From positions 4,144,677 through 4,208,676 of the forward strand of contig MU054117.1 of assembly GCA_013239625.1 (NCBI GenBank): a stretch of DNA of 64,000 nt. The letters run 5' to 3'. Below the pieces are notes generated by a model. That model was given only the letters and a program-made list of their open reading frames with translations. It did no database searches and had not been told where the DNA came from. This DNA comes from Lama guanicoe (Eukaryota). Below, one piece after another: positions 25,923 to 40,000 of this stretch (the stretch's first letter is position 1; every line of letters starts with the position of its first letter). The position numbers and the translations under genes were made by a program.

Positions 25923-26020
25923 TCCTCTAACCTTTTCCTTCCCTATTCAGATTCACATCCTCTTCGCACTCTCCTCTAACCTTTTCCTTCCCTATTCAGA
26001 TTCACATCCTCTTCGCACTC
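25923..26020. repeat. Perfect 49-bp tandem duplication
   Basis: TCCTCTAACCTTTTCCTTCCCTATTCAGATTCACATCCTCTTCGCACTC occurs at 25923-25971 and 25972-26020. Confidence 0.97.
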
Positions 26021-29000
26021 CCCGAAGCCCCTGACCACTTAGAGGCCCCTGGGGCCGTTTTTTGAGTCAACGGTCTATTTATTCGGCTCTCACATCCCTC
26101 CATTGACCTCTCCTCTTTGCTCTCCTCTTGCAGCACAGCCCACAAACCTACAGTGCCCCCCAGGACAGCAGAAGCATCAGTCTTGGGATGTTTCCTTCAT
26201 GAATCCAGAGGATAAAAACAGACTGTGCTGGAAAACACAGGAGAGGGAGGCATAACTAGAGAAAACTTTTGGAAGAGACCTGTTGCTTTATTTAGTAAAT
26301 TGTTGTTTGAATGGAATCAGTTCCTTCTCCTAATGGAGTTTCCCTTTTCCAAGGAAGCAGGGAGGAAACGGCTGTACAGAGATAAGCTGACCCTGATGGT
26401 CCTTGAACTCTTTCTCCTAAGACCTGAGCCTCTCTTTTCAGGCTTCCTATCCTAGAGCTTTGAATTCTTAAATTTTCCCAACTCCTATGTTCACCAAAAC
26501 CAAAAAGTGGGCTGTGAAATCTGGTCTTTTAAAATTTTAAGAGATTAAGTGAATATATCTACTAGAGAAATACTGACAGTCTTGATTGAGTTACAGGCTG
26601 TATTCTCTCTTGCTCTCTCTCTCTCCCCCCAGCCTCCGTGGGGGAAAAATGTGGGATGTCAGGGGTGGGTTTGGGGTGCAGAGAACCACGCTTACAGCAG
26701 CCACAGGTGGGAGGCAAGGCAAGAGATTCTGCAGCGCCTGCTGCTCGGTTCCAACGTCCTGGGAACGTTCTTCCCCTAGCTCAGGTCATGTCCTGCAGGC
26801 AGGAAAGACTATTAGGTGCTGAAGGGCCCTGTGGTTGTAAGGGAAGCAATACAGGGGAGCAGGCAGAAGGACCAGCCATCTCGTCCCCTGTGTGTTAAGG
26901 GTTTGCTGAATTCTGCAGTGTGTCTACTGCCAGGCCATGTATGATGGGAGATGACTTTGATGAACTATGGTCCTCCACCTTCAAGGATCAGACCACCTGG
27001 GTGATCTCATCTGTGAGCACCCAAGAAAGATGCTCATCTGAATGGGACGGGTGAAGCTCGGTCTTATGTGGAGGAAGATGGCAAGACAAGAAAACACTGA
27101 GTTTTTCTTTTCCACACTGAGATGTCTAAACTTGGCAGGAGAAAGCGGAAGAATGGTGACCACCAGGGCCCTGTGAGCAATGGCAGCCGGGACAGCATCA
27201 CTCGTGTCCCCTCGCGGGCTCCCCTCTGCCACGCTCCGGGACGAGCCTCTACCCCGTGCGCTGTGCAGCGCGTCCCGCCCGCTCCTGGGCAGTGGGACAC
27301 GCTATCCCAGCTCTCTGCGATTACCATCCGGAGCCTCCTCCTGTCTGTCTCCTACTTAACCCCACAATTAAAGATGGAAAATACAGCTCAATTTAGGGCA
27401 AGATCCTAAATTATCTTATTTGGGAGGGGAAAAAAATCAAGAAACAAAGGAAAGATTCCGATGTCTCTCTCTTCCTCTCAAAAAGCAGATTTTTTGTAAG
27501 AGACTCAAAAGCATCAAGGGAAAGCAACGTACATGCTCTTTCCTGGAGAGGCTTGAAGCTTGTTGAGGAGACAAGGCCCAGACAAGCGAGGACTTCAAAA
27601 ACAAACAAACAACAACAGATGTAAACAGACAAATCAGATGCTGGACGGGAGCCACAGAGTCGCCTCTGTGCTGGCAGCACGGGGTGGGTTTTTCCCAGCA
27701 ACCTCAACTGTAATCACACGTTCCAATTCTCAGCTCAGAAAACAGAGCCACCATAATTGTATGCCAGACAGTCAGCCAGATGATGTAAGAGATGTAAGAG
27801 GCCCTCAGAGGCGGGCAAGGGGAAAAGCTCGGTGCCAGCGGGGGAGGTCAGGGAGGGCTTCATGGAGGAGGCCACGCCTGGGGACCCCGCCTGAGTGGGC
27901 ACACCGGCTGTCTTGCCTCCACTCCTACTTTCATCTCTCTTGAAGCTGCTCCCCTTGGGTCCTCCTCCTGCCCGTCTGTGGCACAGGGTCCCAACATTTC
28001 TAATTCACTGTGGCTGACATGTGCAGGCCACGGGGGGCGGGGGGAGAGGAAACTGCAGACAGCACCCATCATCCAAGCCACACAGGAAGCTTAGGCAGGC
28101 CCAGCGCTTGCCTGGGGACCCTGTGCCTGGTGTCCCCCCACACCCCCGCTGGCCCCGGGCTCCTCGGCTCACAGTTGGCCCCGCCGGGAAGGCCAGACGC
28201 TCTCAGGCTTTGAGCATCTGGGTCCCAGCCAACGGGGCCCCACCATTCCTCTGAGGGGTCAGGGTACCAACCCCACACACATTCATCAAGTTCCTGCCAC
28301 GGGCTGGATACACAATGCAGTAACGAACCCGAAAAGGTCTTTGCCACTGAGCAGCTGACAGTCCAGGAGGAAGAGCGTCGAGGAACGAGAGCTGGCGTGC
28401 AGAGCCCAGGTGCCACGCAGGGAGCTGCCCCCGGGGCCGGGCAGGGCTGGCGGTCTCAGCGGGGAATGAGCCGGCTTCCCACCTGGGACTGCGGCTCCTC
28501 CACAGAGCACGGCATCCTCCAAACGAGTCCGGCGGCCTCCGAGCTAGCCCTCAGCCTCGCCCAGACACATCGCTTCTCGGAAACCTGTCCCCGCTAACCG
28601 CGTTCCGCTGTAAACCTGTGTCCCTCTGCGCACATGGGACAAGGCACAGCACAGCCACCTGCAGGCGTTTCCGGGGCTTCCTTCCTGGGCGGTAATCCGG
28701 GTTCCCTTCCTAACCTAACCTGACTCGCTGGAGCATGAGATCCATGCTGTTCACTCCCTGTCCCCTTCCCGCTGGAAGCCTGGAGGGGCGGGGACTGAAA
28801 CGGTGGTCCAGAGCAGGCCTGGTTCGGAGCTGTGGGCCCTCAGTGCAAATTCTGCCCTCATCCCTCAGGAGCCTAGGAGACTTTGCACGCAGTCCATTTG
28901 GTGAGCACCTCTCCCCAGCACAACACAACGTGCGTGATTAATCTACCCCAAGAGATGACGCGAGGGGGATTCAATCAGGTACTAGAGGGAAAAGGTCTAG

Positions 29001-32000
29001 TTCTGTGCCAGTTTTGTTCTTGGTTTGTTGTTTTTTTTTTTTGCATTCATGCACATTTTTAATTAAATTCTCCTACTACCCCAGTAGGTGAGTCAGGCAC
29101 ACGGTGGGCCCTCAAGAAGTCAGAGTTCTTCTGGAGCCAGGTCCCTGGACCATCAGGGACTCTGTGTGATCTGGAGACTGCTGGGGCCCCCCTTAGCTAG
29201 GTCCTGAGCAACAAGCCCTCCCCCTTCTAGGTGGTCGGGCAGGAGGGGGTGTCTCTGAACTTGGCCACTTAGCAGAGGGCTGGGAGGAAACAGTAGGAAA
29301 GCTGGGGGCTTACAGGGCACCAACGAGCCCCAGGCAGGTCCCCACACACCTCTGCGAACATGGACAAGGGTAGGAGAAGCAAGGTTTGGGGACAGCCCAG
29401 CCCTCCTGGCCAGACCAGGCTCTTCCCGCCCCCACCATTCCCTCCCTCCCCATCCCCTTCCGCCCAGCAGGTCCGAGGAGAGAGGCCTCCGGGGAAGGGG
29501 AGAGCCAAGGGCTGCAGGGCGACTGCTCTTGGCACCCTCATCGGGCCAGCCTGGCTTCTGGAAACAGCTGCTCTGCCCAGCCGGCTTCCGAGCCCGCAGC
29601 TGGAGCAGCGCTCCCCTCAAGTGGCAGGAGAGATCATGCTGCCAAGACCGGAAAAGGCGCAGTCTGGGCTGCAGTGAGAGAGCAGGAGGGCAGACTCCCC
29701 GCTGGCAGGATCCGCCTGGGCAGCTCTCTTCCCGCTTCCCCTCCCCCCGCAGAGCCCACTGCGCCCCCAAGAAGTGGACAGCTCACACGTGCTCTCACGC
29801 TGTTGACCCTACAGAACCACCGCCTCCACTGTCTGCATGAAAAAAACCTCTTTCTTAAAACACTCATCTCCCCGTAGTGCTAGCTAGGTACCCCGGGCAG
29901 GAATTCCCAACGCTCTCCTTGGGGGCTTGAATATATAAGGTCCCCCTGGTCCTCCTTCCCTTCGCAAACACTTACTAAGCACTCACTGTGTGCTGGATTA
30001 CTGGAGAGGCAAAGGCAACCAGATGCGCCCCACCGCCACCCCACGCAGAGCGTGTGGTCGAGCAGGGGAAACAGACTTACAGCGCCAGGCAGGGGCACAC
30101 ACGCAGTCAGCTGTCGCTAGCAACAAAGTAGAAATACATCGAGGTCCTGTGGAAGCACAAAGGAGGGGCAATGGATTCTGTGGAAGGTCTGGGGGCATCT
30201 TAAATGAAAGCTGAGGGCCTTTACATTAGAGGACCAGCCCCTGGGGCGAAGCTAGCACGGGGCACCAAAACTGGGCGGCAAGCAGCCCAGCCAAGGACGC
30301 AGCTGCACTTACTTCCAGGGGACTGGGTCACTGTCACTGGTGGGAACGTTGTCTTCCCGGGGGTTGTAATGCCTACACAGTAAATATCCTTTAGTTCCTT
30401 CCTGTGAGGACCATGGAAATACAGTGACCCCACTCTGCTACCGTGGCCTCAACTCCATCTACCAAGTCCCATGTTTCTGGAAATCTGGGTGTTGCTGCAA
30501 AGGTATTCTTGACAGCAAGGGTGAAAGATCCAAATTCAAGAAGGGGAGGGTCAAGGTGGGCGTGCGTGCATGCATTCACCCCACGGTGGCCCGATGGAGC
30601 AGTGACGGAGTCACCCCTGCATGGAGGAGGGAGAAAGTGAAGAAAGAGCCGAAAAACATTCCCACCCACTGAGTTAAGCACTCAGCATGTCTTCGACTGA
30701 GAATAGCCAGGAAACGTTGTTTTAACCAACTGAGTTAAGCCGAGTTATAAATAACTGGATGCGGGACCGTCGCCACCTATTAGAATTAAGCACAGTTCAC
30801 GTTACATGCTAATTACATGCCTTTTCCACTAGACCCTCAGCTCAAAGGGTCTGTCCTGCTCACCGCCGATCCTGTGCCTGGCGGAGAAGAGATGCTAAAT
30901 AAATGTGAATGAATGACCTTCAGCTCTTTCACTCCATTGCATACGGAGCCAAAGGAAGTGAGAGTTAGTGTGCAGCTCCACACTGGGAAGACTGCCCTAA
31001 ATCAGCGAGCATATTCTTCCAATGAAGCATGTGCAATTTCCTTGCTGAAGAAAGGCCATGGATGGAGTTGGCATCCATCAGCCCGGGCTGGCCAGGTGGG
31101 GTCCCGCATGGAGGCTGGGGACACTCGGTCCCCCTTGCATGTTATGGATGCCGTGGCTCAGTGCCGGATGCTAGCAGCATCAAGGTGTCCCCCGCACGAG
31201 GCCGTGCTCTCCAAGAACTTGGAGTGCTGCACAAATACCCAACATCTGCGAGTTTCCACAGCGCCTTTCTCCAAGGAACTCCCCGCACTTGCAGACATGA
31301 GCTCATGCATCCTCTCTTCCCCCCTGAGGCAGGGAGGGGACCAGCATGAGCACCTCTGTTAGACATGTGGGGGCGGGGGGAGGTGCAGGCACAGAGGAGG
31401 AGAGAGACCTTCCCAAGGTCACACAGCAAATACAGGCCTGCTGGAAAGGATCCCAGGAGGCCTGGCCCGATGCCCCACACTGGTTCCATCTCTTGCCTTG
31501 GCCTTGATTCTGCCAAGAGTTCAAAGATTGAAGAAAACGCACGTCTATGAGGACTGCGGGATTGGAGTCATGAGCGTCCAGGAAAATCCGACAAGACCAC
31601 TATGAAATAGTATTAATCATGACTCAGCTCTCTTCTCCCTCCACGTTTCTACTTTGATGACTGGGATCTTGTCGGGGAACAGAAAGGAAGAACAAAGCAC
31701 AGGAATAAGTGTGGTGGGAAGATGCCAGAACCGGACCCCTGTGCAGCGGGCTCTGAGCCCCGAGTCCTCCCAGGGAGTGGGGATCGTGCTGTTCCAGGAA
31801 TTAACGGAGGGAAGGGAGCCCAGCCTGGGAGGGAGCCCAAGCGGCCAAGGGTGGCTGAGCGCCCCAGAGGCCTGGGGAGGACATGCCCTCCCGAGGAGAG
31901 ACCAGCCACCTCTCTCTGCTTGACCAGAGGGCTCTCGGCAAAGCCGCAGCCCCGGCTGCACCACCAACAAGGATTTGCTTCCCGTTAGTCCTGAAAGCCC

Positions 32001-35000
32001 GAGCTCCAAACAAAAGCTGGGCTCCCGTCCTCCTGGAGGAGGAGGGCCAAAGACTGGCTCATCTACTCCCACCTGCGCCTCCTCAGTCCTTGGGAAACCG
32101 CACAGAACGGGCTGAGACCCAGGAGGTGAAAAATCTCACCTAGGCTGCTTCACCCAAAGCTGGGGGCAGAGACGCACAGTGTACCCAGGTCTGCCTGTCA
32201 CAGTGGGGTCTGGGGGGCACCCGGTTGGTCCACAGCCAGCATCCTTCTACTCAGCCCTCCTCGATCCTTCGCTCATCACGAAGCTGGGAGTACCCCCTCT
32301 CTCGTCAGAGGAAGACCCCACATCTCCTGCCCGATGTACCTCAGACGATCAGCACATCACCCTCCTAAATCCTTGTCCCGCTGTCCAGCAGAGGAAGTGC
32401 AAGTCTTAAGAGGGCCAAGCCCCAAAGTGGTGGCATGAAATGGAGACGCGGGAGGAACGGGGAAGAGGTGGTGAAGGCCACCGCTCGCTGATGCGGAAGG
32501 AATCAGTGATCCCCTGAGTGGCCAGTTTCGGAAGATTTGGGGAGGGAAGCAAATTGCAAGGTTATTAAAGGGCAAGTGGGCTGTAAGGAAGCCAGGGTGG
32601 GTCTCTCAGGAAGAAAGTAGTAAGAAAAGGGGTGACGTTGGCTTCCAGGGCAAGGTCGCTTGAGGAGGCACATATCTGAGGGAGACTGTGGTGAGCGCAG
32701 AATCTTTGACCCGACTTTGGAAGGAGGACAGGAGATACTGAGGAGTTAGAAATTACAGGTGTGAAAGAGAAGACGTCAATTTTGAATAGAAGCCCAGCGG
32801 CGGACAGGGTGAGGCGGGGCCCGAGCACAGAGCCAGGCCTTCTGCGGGAGGCGGGCATCGGCTTTATTTCAGTGCCTTCCTGCTGGAGCCTGGAATCCGC
32901 TGTTTGAAATGGGGGCCTGGCCTCTCAGCTCCCCCGAGGTGCGACCCCCAGGCCAGGCTCCCGGCTCACCCGTGGTGACCTGCTCCCACGCTCACTGACT
33001 CTGGGTCACTCCCACGGCTGGCTCTTACCTTTCCTGCAAATGCACCTGCTCCCCCACCCAACCTCTGAGACTGGCTCCCCTTCAATGCCAGTGTGACACT
33101 GGCAGGCTAATTCAGACCCCTGCAGGGTCCCGAGGCAATGGGCAGGCTGAAGGAAAGATGTCCCCTGCTGTGGACTGTCTTCCTTGTGGCCAGGTTCAGG
33201 ATGCAACCTCGCGGAGTCACCAGCCCAGCGCCCGCCACGTGGTCAGCGCTCAAGCGCGAGAAATCGTTGCTGCCCTTAAGCCTGCTTTGCCTTCTTCTCC
33301 CCACCCTTGAGTCTTCTACCGGGAACCAATTTTTCCCAAGCAAGGTGGCTAAACTGCCGCCTGTGTAAGATGCTAACGTGTGAGTTTACTTGTGACGTGT
33401 TGAAGTCACAGAAACCAGCTCCCCGTGGGCCCTGCACAACCAGACACAGCAGAACAGAGTCCGGTTTAAAATCACCCATGCGGATTTTCGCTCTGAGAGT
33501 CACTCAATTGGCCAGACCTGCAGATGAGGTTGATCCTTCACACGGACACTGTCAACAGAACTGACCGGTGGGGCTGATGGAGACACAGACGGGAGGATGG
33601 CAGGGCCTCAAACCACCTGAATCTGGTCCCAAAGCCAGAATCAGAAGCCATGGCTTTGGAACCACCCATCTCCCAGCCTCACTATTTCCTCACTCAGGAT
33701 TCGCCTGGAACAACACAGGCTCAAAAAAGGAAAAAAAGCCAAACAAGAATGGGTGCTCTGAAATCAGGGAACCCAAGGCTGCTGCTGACTTTGGGTCTCC
33801 AGGAGGAAAGCGAGGCGACCAGGGCCCTCGGCCAGCTTTGTGCTAACACAGCTTGGCCAGCCCTGTGGATTCCTTAAAGTCTGCAACCTCCAGGGGTGAA
33901 ATTCTCCCCAGCTCCGGGCCTGGTCTCTTCCAGCTCCAGCGGGGACATCAGCCACTGATCACCCTGGGGCAAGGGTGCCAAAGAGTGGTCTCTGCGGTTT
34001 CCTCCTGTGCCCAGGGGGTGCTGAGTGTGCCCAGGGTCACCCCACCTGGCACTGGTTGTGAGGTCTCAGAGGCCGGGAGGGGAGGTGGGGGCACCCCATG
34101 TGCCCGCCTTGGGAAGGAGGGTCCCTCATTCTAGGCCTCAACTGGCCCCAAGCTTCAGGCAGAACCCCCAATTTCTACTATACTTGGAACAAGTTACTCC
34201 ATCCTGGTCACAAACATACAGCTGGAAAGCTGATGAAAATCAGAAACTAGACCTCAATTTAATTTTGCAAGTTGAGATGGCCGAGCTGTCGGCTGGCATT
34301 TACTGAACAGCTACTAAACGCCCCAGACTACTGCAGACACGGGGCACATGGCAGTGCCAGGCCTCCCGGACTTGGCACCTGCAGGGAGCCGACGTAGAGG
34401 CAGCGGAGAAGTGAGAAATAAATAACCAAGAGGCCATTTCAGGGCCTGTAAGGTGCCCTGTTGTGGGGAATCTCACGGGCTAAGGCGGGAGAACCCCCCT
34501 TCAGAGCAGCCAGGGCTGGGGAAGATCTCTCTGGGAGAGTGATAAGCAAAGAGCAGAGTGGGGAGCGCGGGCAGCCAAAGGGGACCCTGAGAAAGAACCT
34601 TCCAGAAGAAGGAACAGGAAGTCAAAGAGCTGGGATGGATACCAACTACTGCACATGACGGACGGGGATGAAAAAGGTCAAGAATTGTAGACAAGGTGAA
34701 ACGGGGAGGGGGAGAGGGGTGGTGGCCGGGTCTGTGGGGTCTCACAGGCCTTGATGGGGAAGCCGCTGGCGGCTCTTACGTGAGTGAGTGATAGCGACAC
34801 GGTCTGAGCCGCCCTCTGGAGCCATCGCCCGGCTAACGCGAGGAGACCAGACTACGAGGGAATGAGACCCAGATGGAGCAGGCAGGTGCTTCTCGCAGGT
34901 GGTTCGGGCAAGAAGCGATGGGGGCTTGGACTGGGTCTGCAGGAACGGGGAGGGTGGAAGGTGATCAGATCAGGGGGACAGTTCAGGGGCAGAGCCAAAG

Positions 35001-35584
35001 GCACCTACTGGTGGGTTAGCTAATCCGGGCTCGAGGGAACAAACAGAATCAAGGATGACTCCTGGGTTTTGTCCTTTTTATCATTACTTTTCAATATAAG
35101 GTACTCAAGGGACGTCTATGCTTAAGCTGCAGATGTGTTATACAAAGCAAAACACCTACCTTGTTCAAGTCATAACGTGTTAGTTGGATGGACATCAGGT
35201 TAGTTACTGGTAATTCAGGATACACAGACTCCTGAACTTACGGTATCGTGAGGGGTTACACGTAGCCCCTCCTCTATGACGTGGGCTCAGAGCTCCTAAG
35301 TCCAGGCCTGGGTTTAGGCCAAGACTGGGCTCAAATAACTGCAATAATCTAAGTGCAGGTCCTGGCAATGGTTCACAGTGCTGACGTGTGGGGTGCCACG
35401 TTCCCGCCGTGCAGTCTCCCTGTGAACACAAGCATCCGGAGCTAGCCTGGTTCTGCAGGCAGATGTCCACGCCTGGTGGTCTGCAGGCAATGACAGGAGG
35501 CCATTCCCTGGGCCCTGTCCCTGGACCAGAAGGTCCATCCCCCATGGAACATCCTGTCTACTGGCCACAAGGATGCAGTCAGTG

Positions 35585-35656
35585 GGCACTCCCATCCTGC
35601 CATCCCCTGGGACTCCCATCCTGACATCCCCTGAGACTCCCATCCTGACATCCCCT
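35585..35656. repeat. 24-bp minisatellite, 3 copies
   Basis: ACTCCCATCCTG(C/A)CATCCCCT starts at 35588, 35612 and 35636. Confidence 0.95.
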
Positions 35657-37079
35657 TTCTCTTGGTTCCCTTCCTATCTCACCACTTCTCTGTTAACTGT
35701 GGTTGGTCCTCATCATCTCAGTCTCTAAGCTTTGGTCAAGCTCAGGCTTCCTTCTTGAGCATCCCTCGTCTCTACCTACACTTACCCACGTGGTGAGCAA
35801 AAAGAACCTCATGGCTGGAAAATCCTCTAAATGCCGATGACTCTCCAGCAGGGACATTCCAAGTACCTCTCCTCCTCTCTGCGTGGACGGGTGACAGCTG
35901 TCACCGTGTAACATGCTCACCACCGAACACTTGATGTCCTCCCGATGTTCTACCAGGTTGGTATTTCACGCCCCTCTTCAGCAGTGAGAAAAAGAGAAGA
36001 CAGGAAGTTGCGCAGTCCAAGAGGACAAAGCCAGAGGGCGGCAGGCCTGGGGCACGAACTGGCTCCCTTCGATTCTAAAACTGTCTCCACAAGCAGAGAA
36101 CGTGCCCACGGCCCCCACACCCTGCAGGGCTTCCAGGCTCTCTGCTTCAATTCCTTCATGGAGGACTTTATTCAAGAGGCAGAGGGATGCCAGACAAACA
36201 GAAAGAGACAGAGACACAGGGGTGGAAGGAGAAAGTCAGAGAGAGGGACGAGGCTGGAGGGTCAGAATCCAGCACCCATGGACTCTCTTGGGCAGGGTGA
36301 GCTGCTCAGACCCACAGGCAGAACGCGGCCCGGCTTCCCGAGGGGGTGTTAGAGTCTCAAACCCCAGCATCCTCACACAGCTTACGGGGGGGCACGTCTC
36401 AGGATCAGACCATGCCTTTGTATGCCATTAGCTAGTGAGCAAATCCCTTCCCCCCTCTAGCCTGTGCTCTCATCTGTAAAATGAAGGAGATGGTCTCACG
36501 GTGGCTCCCAAACCTGGCTGCATCTCAGACCAGCCTGGAGAGATGTGAAGGCTACAGCGTCTAACGCTCGGCCCCTGGAAGGATTCCGATCCTGGACACC
36601 GGTGGTGCGGCCGGGAACGTGCACCCTGAACAGGAGTCTAACACAAGGTCTGTGCGGGAGGCGGCGTCCACGTGGGTGGGAGCTCAGCCCCAGGGCAGGG
36701 GCGGCGGGACTCAGTCCCGGCTCCGCCTCTGGCCAAGAGTCCTTAGGACCTCGGTGCTCTGTGGTCCAGTTTCCTGACCAGAGAAGTGGGGATAATGCTA
36801 AACTCTATGAAAGCCTGGTGTGAAGATTAAGTGTGTGGGTACTTGGCAGAGCACTGGGAACAGCGCCTGAGTGCTGCACACTTAAATGCTTTCTTAGTGT
36901 CTGCGGGACAACTAGCTACGTAGCGAGGTTGCTGCTGTGGACAATCTTTAATGGTCTTTTCTGGTTTTGAGATTCCATGATTCTCTGCCCCACTGCTCCC
37001 TGGAAGAAAAAGGGACTGGCCCCCTTTGCACTCCTGAACATGCCCAGAGCCGCTCCCGATGCACTTGAATCAAGTTCAA

Positions 37080-40000
37080 AACGTCTTTGAACCACAGCTT
37101 TGATAGACATGTCAGATCAAGCAGGTTATTGGCCCTGACGTGGAAGCAGCGAACCACCAAGTTGAAAAGAATCTTAAGATCGTTGGTCAGCATTCTTTCC
37201 AAGCACAAATGGAACTTTTACAAAAAAAATTAAAAACACATTCCAGGTCACAAAGCAAATCTCAAAAGTAACCAAAAAATCAATGTGATACATGCCACAT
37301 TCTCTAAACAAAATGTAAGTAAATCAGAAAGAGCCAAGACACCAACCTCCCCGCCCCAACAGCAGCGGAAATATAAAACACACTCTTAAATAACGCGTGG
37401 AACAAAGGATTCAAAATGGGATGTGAAAAATTGAGGGCAGGCCTTTTGGGTTGTTTTGTCTGCTGACAAACCCACGGCACCTAGAACACCGCCTGGCACA
37501 AAACAGCTGTTGAGTTAAAGAAAGAATGAAGATATGGAAAAGTTAAATGATATGAAATACACATGCTCTTGTTAGAGAAGAAATAAGACACAGAATTAGG
37601 GAGTAAATGTCCAAGGACAAAAAACAGCCAAGCAAGCCCAAGGAGAGAAGGAGGAGGGACTAATAAATAATAGATGAGCCGCAAAAAAAAAAAAATAGAA
37701 AGCAAACAACAGAATCACATTCCATTCAAAACAGAAAGGGAAAATAAAACAAAAATCTTTTTTAAGACTAATGAAACAGATACTCATCGGACATACCGAT
37801 CAGGTTTTTAAGAAGAAACATAACACAAGCACTGTTCGGAATCACAAAGGCAACATAATGGCAGACGCCACTCAGATGACTAACTTGAACAGACAATTCT
37901 ATGAAGATGTCCACACTGATGCCTTTGAAAATGCACACAAAATGGGCAATTTCCTAGGAAAATATGGTTTAGTAACATGAACTCAAGAAGAAAATAAAAA
38001 CCTGAATTGAACAAGACCAGTTAAAAGAAAATCCGAAATCAGAAATCTACCCTCAAGAACCCAGCAGTTGGCCCAGGCATTTCTGAAATGAGTTGTACCA
38101 GACTTGGAAGAAACAGCCCTCCCCTCCTGTAACGGACTGCAGAGAATGAAAGAGAAGAAACACTCCAAATGCATGACATGCAACTTTCACAACCTTGGCA
38201 CCAAAAGCAGACACACAGTGCAAGAAAGGAACGCGCTCGTCCAACCTCACTAATAAACATAGGTGAAAAAGCCCTAAATAAAATACAGCCAAAACAGCAA
38301 TACAGGAAAATAAGCGCATCGTGAGCAAGTCAGTTTCCACCAGGAACGCGTGTATACTTTGACTCAATAGCTCGATTAATGAAGCTCGGTTCATTCCAAA
38401 GTTTAAAGGAAAAAGCCACGTGATTATTTGAATTGACACAGAAAAAGCATTTGATAATTTAGTTTAACTTATCCTAGCAGAACAGGAACAGATGGGAACT
38501 TCTTTTAGTCTGCTAAAGGGTATCAACAAAAAACCACAACGGATATCCTATTTTGGGATAAAATATTAAAAGCATTCCATTTAAGGTCAGGGATAAAATA
38601 ATATTACCCACACTCTTATACAACATTGTGCTAAGACCTGGCCGTACAGCAGGATAAGAAAACAAATAAAATGTAAGAATTGGAAAGGATAAAAACCCCA
38701 AATTGTCACTATTTGGAGAAGATGTGATTGTCTACACAGAAAACGGAAGGGGCGCGCCATTTCCGGCAGCAGTAAACTCAGTGCGGAGAGGACGGGTTGC
38801 CAAGGGGGCGGAGGGTGGGAAGGGATAGACGGGATTTCAAGAAAGCATACTCACGCTTGCTAAACTACATGACATGACAGTTTCTGTAAGCCTGCCTGAG
38901 CTGGTGCTACAATAAGGAAAGAATGAGCTCTAGACAAATGTATCCATCTCCCCATTCTCACCAAATAGGCAATGAGTAACAGTCACAAATTGTTGGAACT
39001 GCATGAGAAACTGGCAAATTCAATATCTGACTGACATCATTAAATTCCAAGTATTTTCTCATTTCTTTTTCAACCCATGAGTTTTTTGGAAGAAATTTTT
39101 TCAATTTCAAACACGTGGGGGTAATTTTGGTAATCTTCCAAAATGTGTTTCTAAATTAACTGCATTGTAGTCAGAGAATATGATTTTTATAATACAAATT
39201 CTGTAGAACATGCTGAGACCTGCTTCCTGCTTGGTTATATGGTCAAATTTCATAAATGTTCCACCATAGGGGAGATTTCAACATAACACACTCTATAACT
39301 GATAATGCAAGAAGACAAAGATTCAAAAGGTTATAGAGATTCTGAAAACCACAATTAGCAACCTTGATCTAATAAACTGATTAAGAAAAAAAAAACTGTA
39401 CCACAGCGCAGAATACGACCAGATTCAGATTTTACAAGTAAACTCTATCAAGCAATCAAAACAATATCAGTATTCATCATGGGATGCCATGGTCATAGTA
39501 TAAACAAGCCACAGACTGTGTGAAGACATGTGCATGACACAGAACTCAGAAGGCTAGTACCCATAATATATAGAGAATTACTGTAGGTCAGTTGACAGGC
39601 AATTCAACAGGAAAATGAACACATCCAAAGAACAAAAAAATTCGCACGACCAATAAACAGGGGAAAACATGCCCATTCTCACTAGTAACCTAGAAAATGT
39701 AAAATAAAAACATCAGCTAGACAACCATAAAAACTGGTCCCTACTACGCTCTCTACACAAAAATTAATTCCATTAGTTCTAAGATTCATGAGGAAAAGCA
39801 ATCTTTTAAAACTTTAAGGGGGAAAAAATGGAACATCTTGACGATCTTGCAGGGTAGAGAAGGATTTCTTAAACAACATACAAAGAGGCTCACACATGTA
39901 CAAAAATACATTTGACTAAAGTTAAATTTAAAAAAAAAACTATCATGAAACACTATTTCATAATGGTCAACTGGCCAAATTAAAATCTGCTCTCAGGAAG

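Noticed and set aside
30669..30745. CTGAGTTAAGCACTCAG mini-hairpin and a nearby second ACTGAGTTAAGC
   Set aside because: A 6-bp stem and a single 12-bp recurrence are too weak to distinguish from chance.
16943..35656. CRISPR-like reading of the 34-, 49- and 24-bp repeats
   Set aside because: These are unrelated head-to-tail tandem copies without spacers, in a mammalian intron.
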